In this document: positions 1 to 11,829 of the stretch, in pieces
Layout: each line of letters starts with the position of its first letter
How positions within the stretch are numbered: position 1 is the stretch's first letter
From: Octopus sinensis
Taxonomy: Eukaryota
Assembly (NCBI RefSeq): GCF_006345805.1
Contig: NC_043019.1
Location: 19,343,360-19,407,359, forward strand
Direction: 5' to 3'
DNA length: 64,000 nt
Notes under the pieces: model-generated
Databases searched by the model: none
What the model was told of the DNA's origin: nothing
The model's input: the letters and a program-made list of their open reading frames with translations, nothing else
Made by a program: the position numbers and the translations under genes

Positions 1-1071
1 TTAATTTTAACATGATACAAGGTGGTCCTTTATTGATACAACCCCAAATGCTATCTTCATTTTTACACACTATCAGCTAATTTCTATTGTGTTGTGTGTG
101 TATATCTAAATCTGTGCATGTTTGTTGGCATTGTTTATTCTCCATTACATGTGTTTCATTTGCCAATAGGAATCACAAAGATTTACATGTTAGGTAGACA
201 TGTAAAGAATTTCCTATTTGTAATTCCTACTGGAAAAGGAAACACATAGAAGAGAGAATGAATAATAGCAGAATATTTCCACTTTCCATAATTCTCAATT
301 TTATTGTACATTTTGACTAACAGTGGCAACTGGAGCAACATATCGATTGCGATAATGCAATAAACAGATGGGTTTCAAGAGGAAACAGCTGGGATTTACT
401 CTACCTCCTTCCTACCTACCTACCTACCTGTCTATCTATATCTATATGTATATAATTTGCTTCACTTCTGCTTTTCCATGCCAGCATGTGTTAGACATAT
501 TATTGAGGTATTGTTTTACAGCTAGATGCACTTTTGGTCACTAATAATTACTAATTTTTCAAGTAATTCACTCATCTTTGACGGAACGAAGCAAGCGAGT
601 GATTTGTTGATAGGAGAAGTAATGTTTGACTTTCAAGAGTGAAAATGTAACCCCCCCCCCCTTGTATATCATAATTAACTGATCCTCCTGTATTTTCTTT
701 TACCTTTTACACAAAACCAGGAACTTTTCAACCCCACCCCCTCATATATCTAAGACTGAAAGTAAATGATACTGTCAGCAGGGTGTTTTTTACAACTAGC
801 AAACACACATGAAAAGGAGGTTGAAAACCCATCAAAAAGCGGATGAACTCAAAAAAGTGAATGGCCATTTGGTTGCATGATATATATGCACATATGTATG
901 CACAAAGACTTTAAAATTCCTGATTTGGTACCCAGGTGCACATTTAGCCTACCAGGATGGGTTGGACTCTAAGCCATAGCAAAGGCAACTGAGGACATGG
1001 AGAACATTAATAGAAAAGCCTGAGTTACTTTGGTCATTGAGTTTGTGGTAAATATTGGCACCAACCGCCTT

Positions 1072-1431
1072 CTACAGCATTTCCAAAAGGTGTGGCTGGT
1101 CCTTTGCAAGACTTTGGCAATGGAAGCCAATCATCTGTGTGGGTGACCCAACAGCTGTAGTATTGACTGTTGGACCTTCATATGCTGAAGTCAATGCACA
1201 TCTGACCCACTCCTGCACAATTTTCATTTCCCAAGTTTCTCTCAGTAGTCTATGTATATTTCTTTGTACTGTCGTTATTGTTAAGTCACTGACATGGTTC
1301 AGAGAAGTATCAACTGCCACGGGCCGGGTGATTTGTTTAGACATTACAGCAATTGCAATGTCCAACCAAACATCCCAGGCAGGTCTGCATGTGCACCTAT
1401 CATCCACTACAACCATTATATCTGTCAACAT
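1072..1431 (-). mobile_element. Possible highly decayed mariner-like transposase relic
   Basis: The ORF has IHRLLRETWEMKIVQEWVRCALT, resembling the mariner xHxILxxxLGMxKVxARWVPxxLT segment, preceded by RPVAV. No catalytic motifs or TIRs seen. Confidence 0.3.
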
Positions 1432-2109
1432 CTCACATGTCCTTTGCAGTCAGCATTAAAGGGCTGGTAAATCATTGTGCGAATTAAAATAACAGAAACC
1501 ATTTACTGTGTCCATCACTGTGTAGTGTAATTAGTAATTAGAGTTTGCCTGATTGGGTCCTGTTGGTTCTATTGCTCTCTTGTGTTTCCTATTGGATTCT
1601 ATAATATCTAATATTATTTACATGAAAGCATCTCAACAGTTTTAATTTATGCTTTTCTTCTTTTGGAACAATTTTTCCTGAATAATTGAATTGAAAATTT
1701 TCTTTTTCCATATTTCCTTCTCTTTTTCATTCCATCTTCATATTCTCTTTTAACAAAAGAGATTAACAGATTTTTTTATAACATTTCTGCTTTTCTTTTT
1801 CTTTTAGAATATATTTTCCATATTTTGAAATTAAAAAAAATTATCTAATCCTATTTTCTCTCTCATCGTTTATTTTTATATTTTTATTCTTGTTAATATT
1901 TTGTTTTATATTAACATTTTAAAATGTTTTTCTAGATATTTTTCGTGAACTTTCCGTTTTTTTTTTTTTTTTTTTTTTTCATGCTCATTTAAATTTTCTT
2001 TTCTTATTCTTAGTATTTCTATGCCATGCATTTTGTTTTTTAAATGTGTTTTGTTATATTTGTGCTTTTTATTTGTTTTCATGTATTTTACTCTTTGTAC
2101 CATTTACAG

Positions 2110-2561
2110 ATTTTCAAAAAGCAGACACAGAAAATGTTGATGGGACCGAGGTGAGAGAGACATTGTTGGCAAAGGAAGGTGACAGAAATGCCTCAGAAGC
2201 AATCAATGATGACCAGCAGAAGAACCATGTAACACAACCATCAACCGACCAAGGAGATGAAATTGTTGAGGAAGATATCTCACCTCCGAGAGGACTTGCA
2301 ACCGGGACAACTGTTACAGCAACATCTTCTACATTACCGGCTGCTGTGACATCTACTGGAACAACAACTCCCACATCGTCTACAATATTTGCTGGTGCTA
2401 CTGACATGGCAAAGGTAACATCAGAAGATAGAAAAGAGGTTCATAAAGATCGAGAGGAACCCGAAACAAACAAAGGTGCACCTGTTGTTATTGGTGAACA
2501 AGCTGCTGATAAGAATAAGGATGCTGATGGTGATGGTGTTCAAGGTCATCAATCCATTTGA
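2110..2561 (+). CDS. Candidate host coding exon, acidic and Thr/Ser-rich low-complexity peptide (possibly terminal)
   Basis: A long T-rich tract ends in ttactctttgtaccatttacag (AG 2108-2109). The frame is open to TGA 2559-2561 with much higher GC than the flanks: FQKADTENVDGTEVRETLLAKEGD...TTTPTSST. Product not recognised. Confidence 0.5.
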
Positions 2562-4341
2562 ATAACCCTTGCTGAAGCTGTGTCCCTTGGAAGCTGCAAA
2601 ACCTTTTTATCAGGTTGCAGACGATGGTTTTATTGCAGTTATAATTAAAAGTGTATCCAACAGTTTCCATCCAGCCAATTTCTACCACAAGGCTTGAGTT
2701 GACTCAAGGCTTTAGTAGAAGACATTTTCCTAAGGCACACCACAGTACTTTGATGCATCTCGGAACTATATGATTGCAAAGTAAACTACGTAAGCGCTAT
2801 ATGGCCATGCTTGTACCCAAATGCAGAATATAAAGCACTGCACAAAATATTATGTGTTTGTAAAATATAGAATCTAATATCATTTTCAAACAATGAACAT
2901 GTAGCGCCTCATTTGTTTGTCAAACATGTAACACAGCACTAAATATTTATCAAACATTGCAGACAACATCATCACTACAAACAACATCATTACTTTGTTA
3001 AACACTGAATAGATCATTTCTTTGTGTGCATTACCATTTGTTTGTCAGTCACTGAAACCTTGCCATAGAATTTACCTGACAAATGGCTATTTTAACCCTG
3101 TTTTTAATTTAATCATTCTTGAAGAATTGTTCCAAGTCTGACAGTGCTTCAGTACTGAAGGATATGGAATCATTTATGCAAGAGACAGCAAAAATAAGAA
3201 TGTTATTATTTAAAATTTTATAAAAAATATATATATAAATATAAATCTCTACAGACAAAAGAAAGTATACATATATATATATATATATTCTTCAAGAGAT
3301 TAGCCTTGTCTTCTTTCTAGTACAAAAAAAGTGGATTGTGTGAGCACTCTCTCTTTCTGGTATAAAAATTGTGGGTTAATAAATCAACTTTAATGTCTTA
3401 TACAGACCATTTTATGAGTTCCATTACTTAAGATTCTATAAAGAATTACCTGAATTTTAATAAGCAAAGAAACATATTAGAGATATTTCAGAACATAAAA
3501 GTATGGGCTAAACGGCTTCTTTAGTTTATTTTATATTGTATAGTATGAACAATAGTGTCGATGAGTTTAGGTTTTCAATGGGTCAACCATGGGGTCACTA
3601 CAATTATAATGGCCTGAGTTTCAAGAGATGCAACTCAGAACACAAGAGGATGTCGTCCAAAAGCTGCAGTTTACCAGTTTTCTCAATGATGATTACATCT
3701 TACACCAACATATTATGCCAAAAGACATGTAACACACACGCACACGTGTAAGTATGTAAAGTGAATATCTTTACAGGTGCACCTATTTATATACAGGTGT
3801 GTTTGTCTTTACCTTGTAAGGATGTAAGTATGTAAAAGTATGGATGCATGTGTGAATGTCTATATATATACTGTATTATTTTATTAGTATCTGATTATTT
3901 TAATTTAGTTGTTATACATTGTTAATTATTCTTTTAATAATATATGAATATATACATATCTATATTATAATGGAAAAGCTGCTTATTAATTAGGTATATA
4001 ACAATTACTGAAAGAAAGCAATTATTAAAGGTCTGACTTTCTGGAAATTTTTAAAATAAATTCATGTTCCAAGAAATTTCCTGTAATTCTGATTTCTGAA
4101 GTTTATTGAATATTTGAACTTTCTACCACAAATTTACATATTCATTGCATTCACCGTGGAGGAGATTTAATAAACAATATTAATTCATTGCAGATGAAAT
4201 TTTCCGTTTTCATTTGCAACAGTCTCTCACTCACTCTCACCTCTGTTTTCGTTAATGATAATTTAATATACATTCATTTCAATGTTTTCATTTCAAGTTT
4301 TAATTTGCTATTTGAAAAACCAACAGTTTATTCTATATATA

Positions 4342-4554
4342 TACTCTTTTACTCTTTTACTTGTTTCAGTCCTTTGACTGGCCATGCTGGAGCACCGCCT
4401 TTAGTCGAGCAAATCGACCCCAGGACTTATTCTTTGTAAGCCCAGTACTTATTCTATCGTTCTCTTTTGCCGAACCGCTAATTGACGGGGACGTAAAAAA
4501 ACACACCAGCATCGGTTGTCAAGCAATGCTAGGGGGACAAACACAGACAAACAA

Positions 4555-4603
<49 letters not shown>

Positions 4604-4677
4604 CATATATACGACAGGCTTCTTTCAGTTTCCGTCTACCAAATCCACTCACAAGGCATTGGTCAGCCCAGGGCTAT
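4342..4677 (-). mobile_element. tRNA-derived SINE family A, 5'-truncated copy
   Basis: Reverse complement matches the copies at 60846-61257 and 62253; internal (CA)n/(TA)n; tail ctgaaacaagtaaaagagtaaaagagta. Confidence 0.85.
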
Positions 4678-4754
4678 ATAATGTAAAAAAATTATTTATT
4701 GAATGAATGAATGCTATTAGACAAAAAAGCTGTATAACTTTGAGGCTTCCATGA

Positions 4755-4830
4755 TATAATAGTGTACTGGTATAATACCAGTGTACTGGTATAATAGTGT
4801 ACTGGTATTATACCAGTGTACTGGTATAAT
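4755..4830. repeat. Four-copy mini-array AGTGTACTGGTATAAT with alternating 19/16-bp spacing
   Basis: Read directly; two 35-bp higher-order units. Confidence 0.85.
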
Positions 4831-5313
4831 TTAAAAAAAAAAAGATGGACAATAAAAAATAGAAATGAGTGTGGTGACGGCCTGCCTTGTCTTCCCTGCC
4901 AAAATTAAGAAGTGATTTTGTTGGTATGGCTGTTTGGAACACTCTATGCCTTACAATAATAACTGTGTGATTGCTGCTATTTCTAGCATGCTAAACATGA
5001 TAGGGTTACCTTGAAGTTTCTTTAAATCACAGATATATTACAACTATGATAAATCGCTGAAAGAAATATTTGCTAAGTAAATGTGATTTTTATATAAATT
5101 AAAGTTTTCAGGAAAATTTACTTTCTGAACATCCTTTTATCATTGAATATTTCAAGTTCACAAATTTAAATATTTGGTACAAGATAGTTTTTAATGAGCT
5201 TTTATTTATACAATTTTTTCATTTCATGTTTTTCATTCAATTGTTTGCAATGTTGTCTCTCTCTCCCCCTCTCTCTCTCTCTCCACCCCACTCTCTCTCT
5301 CTCTCCACCCCGT

Positions 5314-5347
<34 letters not shown>

Positions 5348-5460
5348 TGTCTCCTCTAACACTGAGACTTTTTAGACCATCGACTGCTTCATGAAATCTG
5401 TTACCCTTCATTCCCCCCTCCCTGGCATGTACAAGAAAATACATAACAATAATAATTAAG

Positions 5461-5664
5461 GAGATGTACTTGCATAGCAAGTGATTTGATCTGAGATCGT
5501 GTGCTGAAACGAAAACAATTGCAGCGTGGAAGGTGTTTATAAGCCATTTAAGAAACACACAAAAGCTGTTCGATTCACTTCAACATTTAAGTTTAATTTG
5601 TCAAAATATTTTCGTTGCTTTAAGACCGCAACCTGTTTGCTGACAAAAATCCGTGCTGCATCTC
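5461..5664. mobile_element. Short unclassified insertion (204 bp) with GAGATG...CATCTC termini
   Basis: Flanked by an exact 13-bp direct repeat aataataattaag (5448-5460 and 5665-5677); 6-bp terminal inverted repeat. Confidence 0.65.
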
Positions 5665-6651
5665 AATAATAATTAAGTAGATGTGCATTTATTGACCCCT
5701 TGAATAGTCCCATCGAACCCTAGAGATTGATATTGATCACTTTGGGGACCCCTGCTCTAATATAAACACACATACTCCACTTTCATTATTACACAAATAT
5801 CACTTTAGAATTTTGCAAATCAACATGGAGTGTCCAAAAAAATATGTGACTGAAAATATTATCTAGTGACTAGCAGGAAACCGCTTGGAGGGTGGTTTTT
5901 CTGCTAGTAGATATAATGGCACGAGAATTGAGTTCTCATTCCTTGAACATTCTACATCATTTTAATTATTTGTTTAATTTATTAATTTATCACTTCAGAA
6001 AAAAAAACACATCTTAGTAAAGAAAAATGTCTTTGTCTGTGTTTATGAGAATGGAAGAACAGGATAAATATTTTTACTAGCAGCCCAACGAGTAAATCAA
6101 CAGACAGTGACAAACTCTTTACAATTAACTCTGGATAACAAACAACAGCATCAAATTACAAAGTAGATACTGAATTGAGCAGTCAGTTACCCAAATGACT
6201 TTAGAGAAAACAATAACTACTAAAAGACATGATTCTGCAGACACAAACATATCTTATCTTCTATATTTTATATGTTCAGTTGTTCTTTTTTTTTTCCTTT
6301 CCATTGATTCTTTGATTCTTCCTATCTCTTGACCATTGAGTTCGGATTTGTGGTTTATTATGTATTTAATTTTCATTCTAACTATGATATGCTAATAAAA
6401 TAAGAACATCATCAACGAGGAGTATATATTCTGTGAAATTAGGGTTCATTCAGCAAATTGATTTATACATAAACCTGATGAGTTGATATTTTTCCAGTGT
6501 TACTAAATTAACTGTTAGTTTGCACATTATATAATAATATTCCAGCAATAATCTGATAAAGAGTCAATGAAACAATTATGCTATTATGACTATTATGCAA
6601 TAAAACAACTTGCTCACTTCATTCTCCTTGTTAATATTCATATTTTCACTT

Positions 6652-6856
6652 AAGCTGGCAGAATCATTAGTATGCTGGGCAAAATGCTTAGCAACATTTT
6701 ATCTGTCTTCACGTCCTGAGTTCCACGAAGGTCAATTTTGCCTTTCGTCCTTTCAGGGTCAATAAAATAAGTACCAGTTGAACACTGGTGTCAATGCAAT
6801 TGATTTACCCCTCCCTGAAATTGCTGACCTTGTGCGAAAATTTGAAATCAATATTT
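6652..6856 (+). mobile_element. tRNA-derived SINE family B (gctggcagaatcgttagc head)
   Basis: A-box-like and B-box-like (gagttcaaattc-type) motifs; related copies at about 16575-16789, 25232-25400, 26545-26810 (-) and 45836-45990. Confidence 0.75.
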
Positions 6857-7135
6857 ATATTTAAACTTAGTTATGGTTCAGCCAAAATTGGTCCATACTG
6901 CATCTAACATTCTGAAAGAATTTTTCTCATATAAGCAATAAAGCCATAAAATATATAATAATAAAGTATATGTTCTATCTGAGTTCATTATGGAGATGGT
7001 TGCTACACCAACCAAAATGAATTGTTATAGAAATAAATGAAACAGCAAGTAAAAGATGAGGTACTTTTTGAAAAGTCACCTGAGGAGATGCATCTGCACT
7101 TATGACGTGTGACAATTGATTATACAGCGTCTCAC

Positions 7136-7180
7136 CTGTACAGTACAGGTGCATAATGAGCCAAAATGATTGTAGTATAT
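7136..7180 (-). CDS. Candidate 45-nt internal micro-exon
   Basis: Minus-strand acceptor ctctttattcag| and donor cag|gtgaga; length divisible by 3 and open in all three frames. Product unknown. Confidence 0.3.
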
Positions 7181-7362
7181 CTGAATAAAGAGTTTTATGA
7201 ATTCCATTTTCTGTCTTTCACTTTTATATAAAGATACAAAAGAATTCCTGAAGTAAATCCAGTGGCAAATACCTCCATACTGTTGTTGACACCAGGTAGC
7301 CAAATACTGCGGATGAGCTTTAAACAGCACACTACACACTGTCTCCTTGAATATAAAATTAT

Positions 7363-7401
<39 letters not shown>

Positions 7402-7405
<4 letters not shown>

Positions 7406-7690
7406 CCTCATCCTTCTCATCATCATTTAATGTCCTTTGCCCATGTTTTTTTACGACTGGATACCCTTCCTAACGCCAACCACTCTGAGAGTGTAATGGG
7501 TGTTTTTACGTGCCATCAGCATGAGTGCCATTTGCATGACACCTGTGTGCTTTTGCGTATCACCGGCACGGTGCCAATTTTGTGACACTGGTATCTGCCA
7601 AAACTGCGATTTTGCTTAGCTTGATGGGTTTTCTTCTCAAGCATGACATAATGCGTCCGTGAGGCCCAATACTTGAAAGGAACTCAGCCA
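7402..7690 (-). mobile_element. RTE-type LINE 3' end fragment
   Basis: (ATC)n tail and the family signature cccttcctaacgccaaccactc. Confidence 0.7.
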
Positions 7691-8059
7691 CTTTGCTTCC
7701 ATATATGTATGTATATTTGTTTGTGTGTCTGTTTGTCCCCCAACATCGCTTGACAACTGGTGCTGGTGTGTTTACCAGCAGTTTCAGGTTCAGTTCCACT
7801 CTGCAACATTTTGGGCAAATGTCTTCTACTATAACCTTGGGCCAACTAATGCCTTGCGACTGAATTTGGTGAACAGAAACAGTGAGGAAGCCCATGATGT
7901 GTCTCCCACCCAATTCACTGCTTATGTCCTTGTAAGTAAATGGTTTGGTGACAGAATAAGTGCCAGGCTTTAAAAGCCAAGTAGTGGGGGTTGATCTGTT
8001 TAACTAAAACCTTCAAGGTATTGTCACAGTCCAAAGACTGAAACAAGTAAAAGATAAAG

Positions 8060-8101
<42 letters not shown>

Positions 8102-8102
<1 letters not shown>

Positions 8103-8407
8103 TAGCACTCTGTCTGTTAGGACGACAAGAGTTCCAGTTGATCCAATCAATGGAACAACCTGCTTGTGAAATTAACATGCAAGTGGCTGAGCACCCCACA
8201 GACACATGTACCCTTAACGTAGTTCTCAGAGAGATTCAGCATGACACAAAGTGTGACAAGGCTGGTCCTTTGAAATACAGGTACTATTCAGTTTTGCCAG
8301 CTGAGTGGACTGGAGCAACGTGAAATAAAGGGTCTTGCTCAAAGACACAACGTGTTGCTGGGAATTGAACCCACGACCTTCTCTAACCACTAAGCCCTGT
8401 GCCTTCA
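8102..8407 (-). mobile_element. tRNA-derived SINE family C (CORE-like central domain)
   Basis: Reverse complement shares the head and ttgagcaagac-ctttatttcacgttgctccagtccactcagctg with 30821-31155 and 42661-42950. Confidence 0.75.
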
Positions 8408-8430
8408 CTATTATATATATTTATATATAA

Positions 8431-8849
8431 GTGTCGCCTTACTGGCACTTGTGCCCTGTGTTAGTAGGGTGCTAAGAGCACCATCCGAGCATGATCGTTG
8501 CCAGAATGGCTAACTGGCTTCCGTGCCACTGGCATGTAGGAAGCACCATTCGAGCGGGATCGTTACCAGCATCGCCTTACTGGCACCTGTGCCGGTGGCA
8601 TGTGTAAAGGATTCGGGCGAGGTCATTGCCAGTACCACCTGACTGGCCCTCGTGCCGATGGCATGTAAAAGCACCCACTACACTCTCGGAGTGGTTGGCG
8701 TTAGGAAGGGCATCCAGTTGTAGAAACTCTGCCAGATCAAGACTGGAGCCTGGTGCAGCCATCTGGTTCACCAACCCTCAGTCAAACCGTCCAACCCATG
8801 ACAGCATGGGAAGCGGACGTTAAACAATGATGATGATGATGATGATGAT
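8431..8849 (+). mobile_element. RTE-associated 3' tail element with internal tggcac/aaaagcacc subrepeats and (GAT)n tail
   Basis: ttaggaagggcatccag...ggaagcggacgttaaac(gat)n; further copies at about 11875-12150 (+), 21627-21790 (-), 22256-22670 (-), 43565-43750 (-), 51160-51400 (-) and 59101-59454 (+). Confidence 0.85.
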
Positions 8850-9590
8850 AACCATTCCAAAAGAGAGAGTGGAGCTCAGTGCAGTCCTCTGGCTTGCCAG
8901 CTCCTGTCAAAAAATCCAGTCAAGCCAGCATGAAAGACGGATGCCAAATGATGATGATGATGATGATGATATATATATATATGCTATTTTAATCCACGTT
9001 TGAAAACTCAGTTTGGCTATGTTATCCCACACCCAGCTCCCTATTCTAAGAAGCTACACCAGCTGATAACTGTAACTCCTACATAGGCCATGTAATCTGA
9101 ATTATAATATCTGCTCAAGCAGCCTTTGTATGTGCCTGCCTGTGTGTGTGTGTGTGTGTCTCATACTGTCTGCTGTTTAAAGCAAACGTGACAGGCAGTA
9201 ATATGTAGAGCACAGTCAAAATATGTGTCAAATAGAATTTATTTTGCTTTGTTTTGTTATTTAATAATCAAGTGAGTGTGTGTGCGTGTGTGAGTAGCTT
9301 GCTTATGAACCACATGCTTCAGTCCCACTGCCTGTGGTTCATAAGCAAGCTACTTACCACACAGCCACTCCTGTGCCTATATATAAAGCTTTTACAAGAA
9401 GAGTGGTGACAGTGACTTGGAAGTTTTGACCAGCTAACTGCTGTCTGACATTTTGACAAAGTCTAGCAGACTGAAACTGTCACCCTCTCCTTGTAAAAGT
9501 TTCATAAACTTGAACCCCGCTTTCCCAAGAATTACTGGGTACATCATATATACATAAATACACATATATACATAAATATATATATATATA

Positions 9591-10880
9591 CGAGGGGCGT
9601 TTAATAAGTAATGCCCCTGACCCACTTCCCATAGCAGTAGAACAACGAAACTTGGCACAGTTATTAGTCTTTTTCTACATAGGAACCACCCAGAGTTACG
9701 CATTTCTCCCATCGTTTGATGCGGCTCTGGTGACCGTTTTTGTAGAAGAACCCAGCTTGGTCCTCCAACCTGAACGTGACTTCAGAAATCAAGGCTGCAT
9801 CATCTGGGAAACGCTTTCCTTTCAAAAACAACTTCATGATTGGGAAGAGGTGAAAATCAGAGGGTGCAAGGTCAGGAAAGTAGGGGGGATGGGGAGGAGT
9901 TCATAGCCATACGCCTGTGCTTCTGATCTGGCGACAAGCGAGTTGTGGACCGAGCGTTGTCCTGCAGGAGGAGGATGCCTTTGCTGATCTTGCCCCGCCT
10001 CTTGATTTTGATAACTTCTCTTAATTTCCTCAAAAGTGAAGCATAATAGGCTCCTGCAATTGTGGTACCCTTTGCCAGGAAATCTGTCATCACTACTCCG
10101 TCCTGGTCCCAGAAGACTGTGAGCATGACCTTGCCAGCGGAGGGCTGCACCCTTGCCTTCTTTGGAGGGGGTGAGCCACGGTGCTTCCACTGCATTGACT
10201 GGGCTTTGGTCTCTGGATCATCGTGATGGACCCAGGTTTCATCCTGTGTAATCAGTCTTTTGAAAAATTTTGACTCATCTTCTTGGCACATCTCCAAATT
10301 CACTCTCGAGCACTCGACGCGTTCTTGCTTCTGGAAAGGCGTGAGCAACCTGGGAATCCATCTGGCAGACACCTTTTGCATATGCAAATGGTCATGAATG
10401 ATAGTTTCCACAGACCCGGTACTAATCTTGACCTTATGGGCTATTTGGCGAATAGTTATGCGTTGACCTTCCAAAATGGCAGCCTCAACTTGACGGACAG
10501 ACGTCTCATCAACGGCAGAAGGGGGCGACCAGATCTGGGAGCTGTTTCCACAGAGTTCCGACCATGTTTGAATTCACGATGCCAGCATTTTACAAGGTCA
10601 TATGATAGGGCATCATCACCATAAGTTACTTTCATTTCATCAAAAGTCTCCCGTGGTGTGCGTCCTTTCAAATACAAAAACCAGATCACTGCTCGACACT
10701 CAACAGGCTCCATTTCACACTTGACTCGGTTCAAACACCTGTAAATCAGAAACCACAATTAATTCAGAGCTGTAATTTGCCACCTACTCTATAGAGATAT
10801 AAATGATTGCACATGCAAAATTTCAGCTAGATCAAACAACTGCAAATGGGTCAGGGGCATTACTTATTGAACGTCCCTCG
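9591..10880 (-). mobile_element. Full-length mariner DNA transposon with frameshifted transposase
   Basis: 34-bp TIRs CGAGGGGCGTTTAATAAGTAATGCCCCTGACCCA (2 mismatches), TA at the left end, 1290 bp. ORFs 10456-10758 and 9872-10474 have the HTH region, WIPRLL, QDETW and QDNA. Confidence 0.95.
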
Positions 10881-11075
10881 TGTATATATATATATATAAC
10901 TGGATGAATGAATTATCCTTTGTTTACAGTTAACATGGAAAATTCAACAAACAGTTACCAGGGTAGCAAAATTCACGCAAGTAACAAGGATGAAGCGACC
11001 TATTCAAAGGTAGAAACTCTGGGTTAATGTGCAGTTATTTGTGTAGTATAAGTAAATAAATGGACTTGAAAGCAG

Positions 11076-11709
11076 ATGCTATTCAAATTATTTTACTTTC
11101 AACATATGTTTCGAAGACAACATTGGTTTTATTCCAGAGGAATAAACAGTGTAAAATGCAATCTTCTCATCAGGAAAGAAAGAGAGCCTATCTCAACAAC
11201 AAGACATTATAACAATTTTGATGACTGCCTAAATGATAAACAGAACGCTATTAAGTATTTAAAAAAAACGTTAGTAGATCCGACGTCAACGGCAGACCCT
11301 AAGAAGAGAATGGGTAAAGAAATAATAAGTAGAGAACAAATAAAGAGGGATACGTTGGTTGAAAAAATGTTCAAAGGCTTAGAAGTAGATTTCTCTATTG
11401 AAGTAAAGTGCAAGTTAAACTAAATGTTCAAACTATAAAGACTGGCAAAAATCACTTATATGAGCTAAAGGTATGTTTCTGCCAGTGCTTACATTTGTAA
11501 GATCGCTCTATAAGTGTGTTAACAAGGTGATTCTTAGAGAAGAGAATATGGAAGAGTTCAGAGTTGCAAATGTTACAAAATCCCTTGCCCTTATCGTAAG
11601 GAAAAGATATGGACAGGATGAACCAATCTAACTTAATATCTTTATTCAAGATGCCAAACCAATGTTGTCTTTGAAACATATGTCGAAAGTAAAAGAATTT
11701 TAATAACAT
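11076..11709. other. Coding-like island bounded by 54-bp inverted repeats
   Basis: 11076-11129 and 11656-11709 are inverted copies (5 mismatches); ORFs 11076-11423 (+) and 11452-11715 (-) share an MLxKxFYFxHMFxRQHWF start. Confidence 0.6.
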
Positions 11710-11776
11710 TTTCATTCAACTCCTTTATTTACTTATATATATATACATACACATGTATGCATAAATACATACATAC

Positions 11777-11829
<53 letters not shown>

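Noticed and set aside
1055-1459. 134-aa plus-strand hydrophobic ORF
   Set aside because: TTG start, no splice or homology support; it overlaps the possible mariner relic on the other strand.
3600-3710. Minus-strand DVIIIEKTGKLQLLDDILL resembling the SNF2 helicase SGKLxLLDxLL motif
   Set aside because: The similarity is short, the following residues do not match, stops lie on both sides and there are no convincing splice sites.
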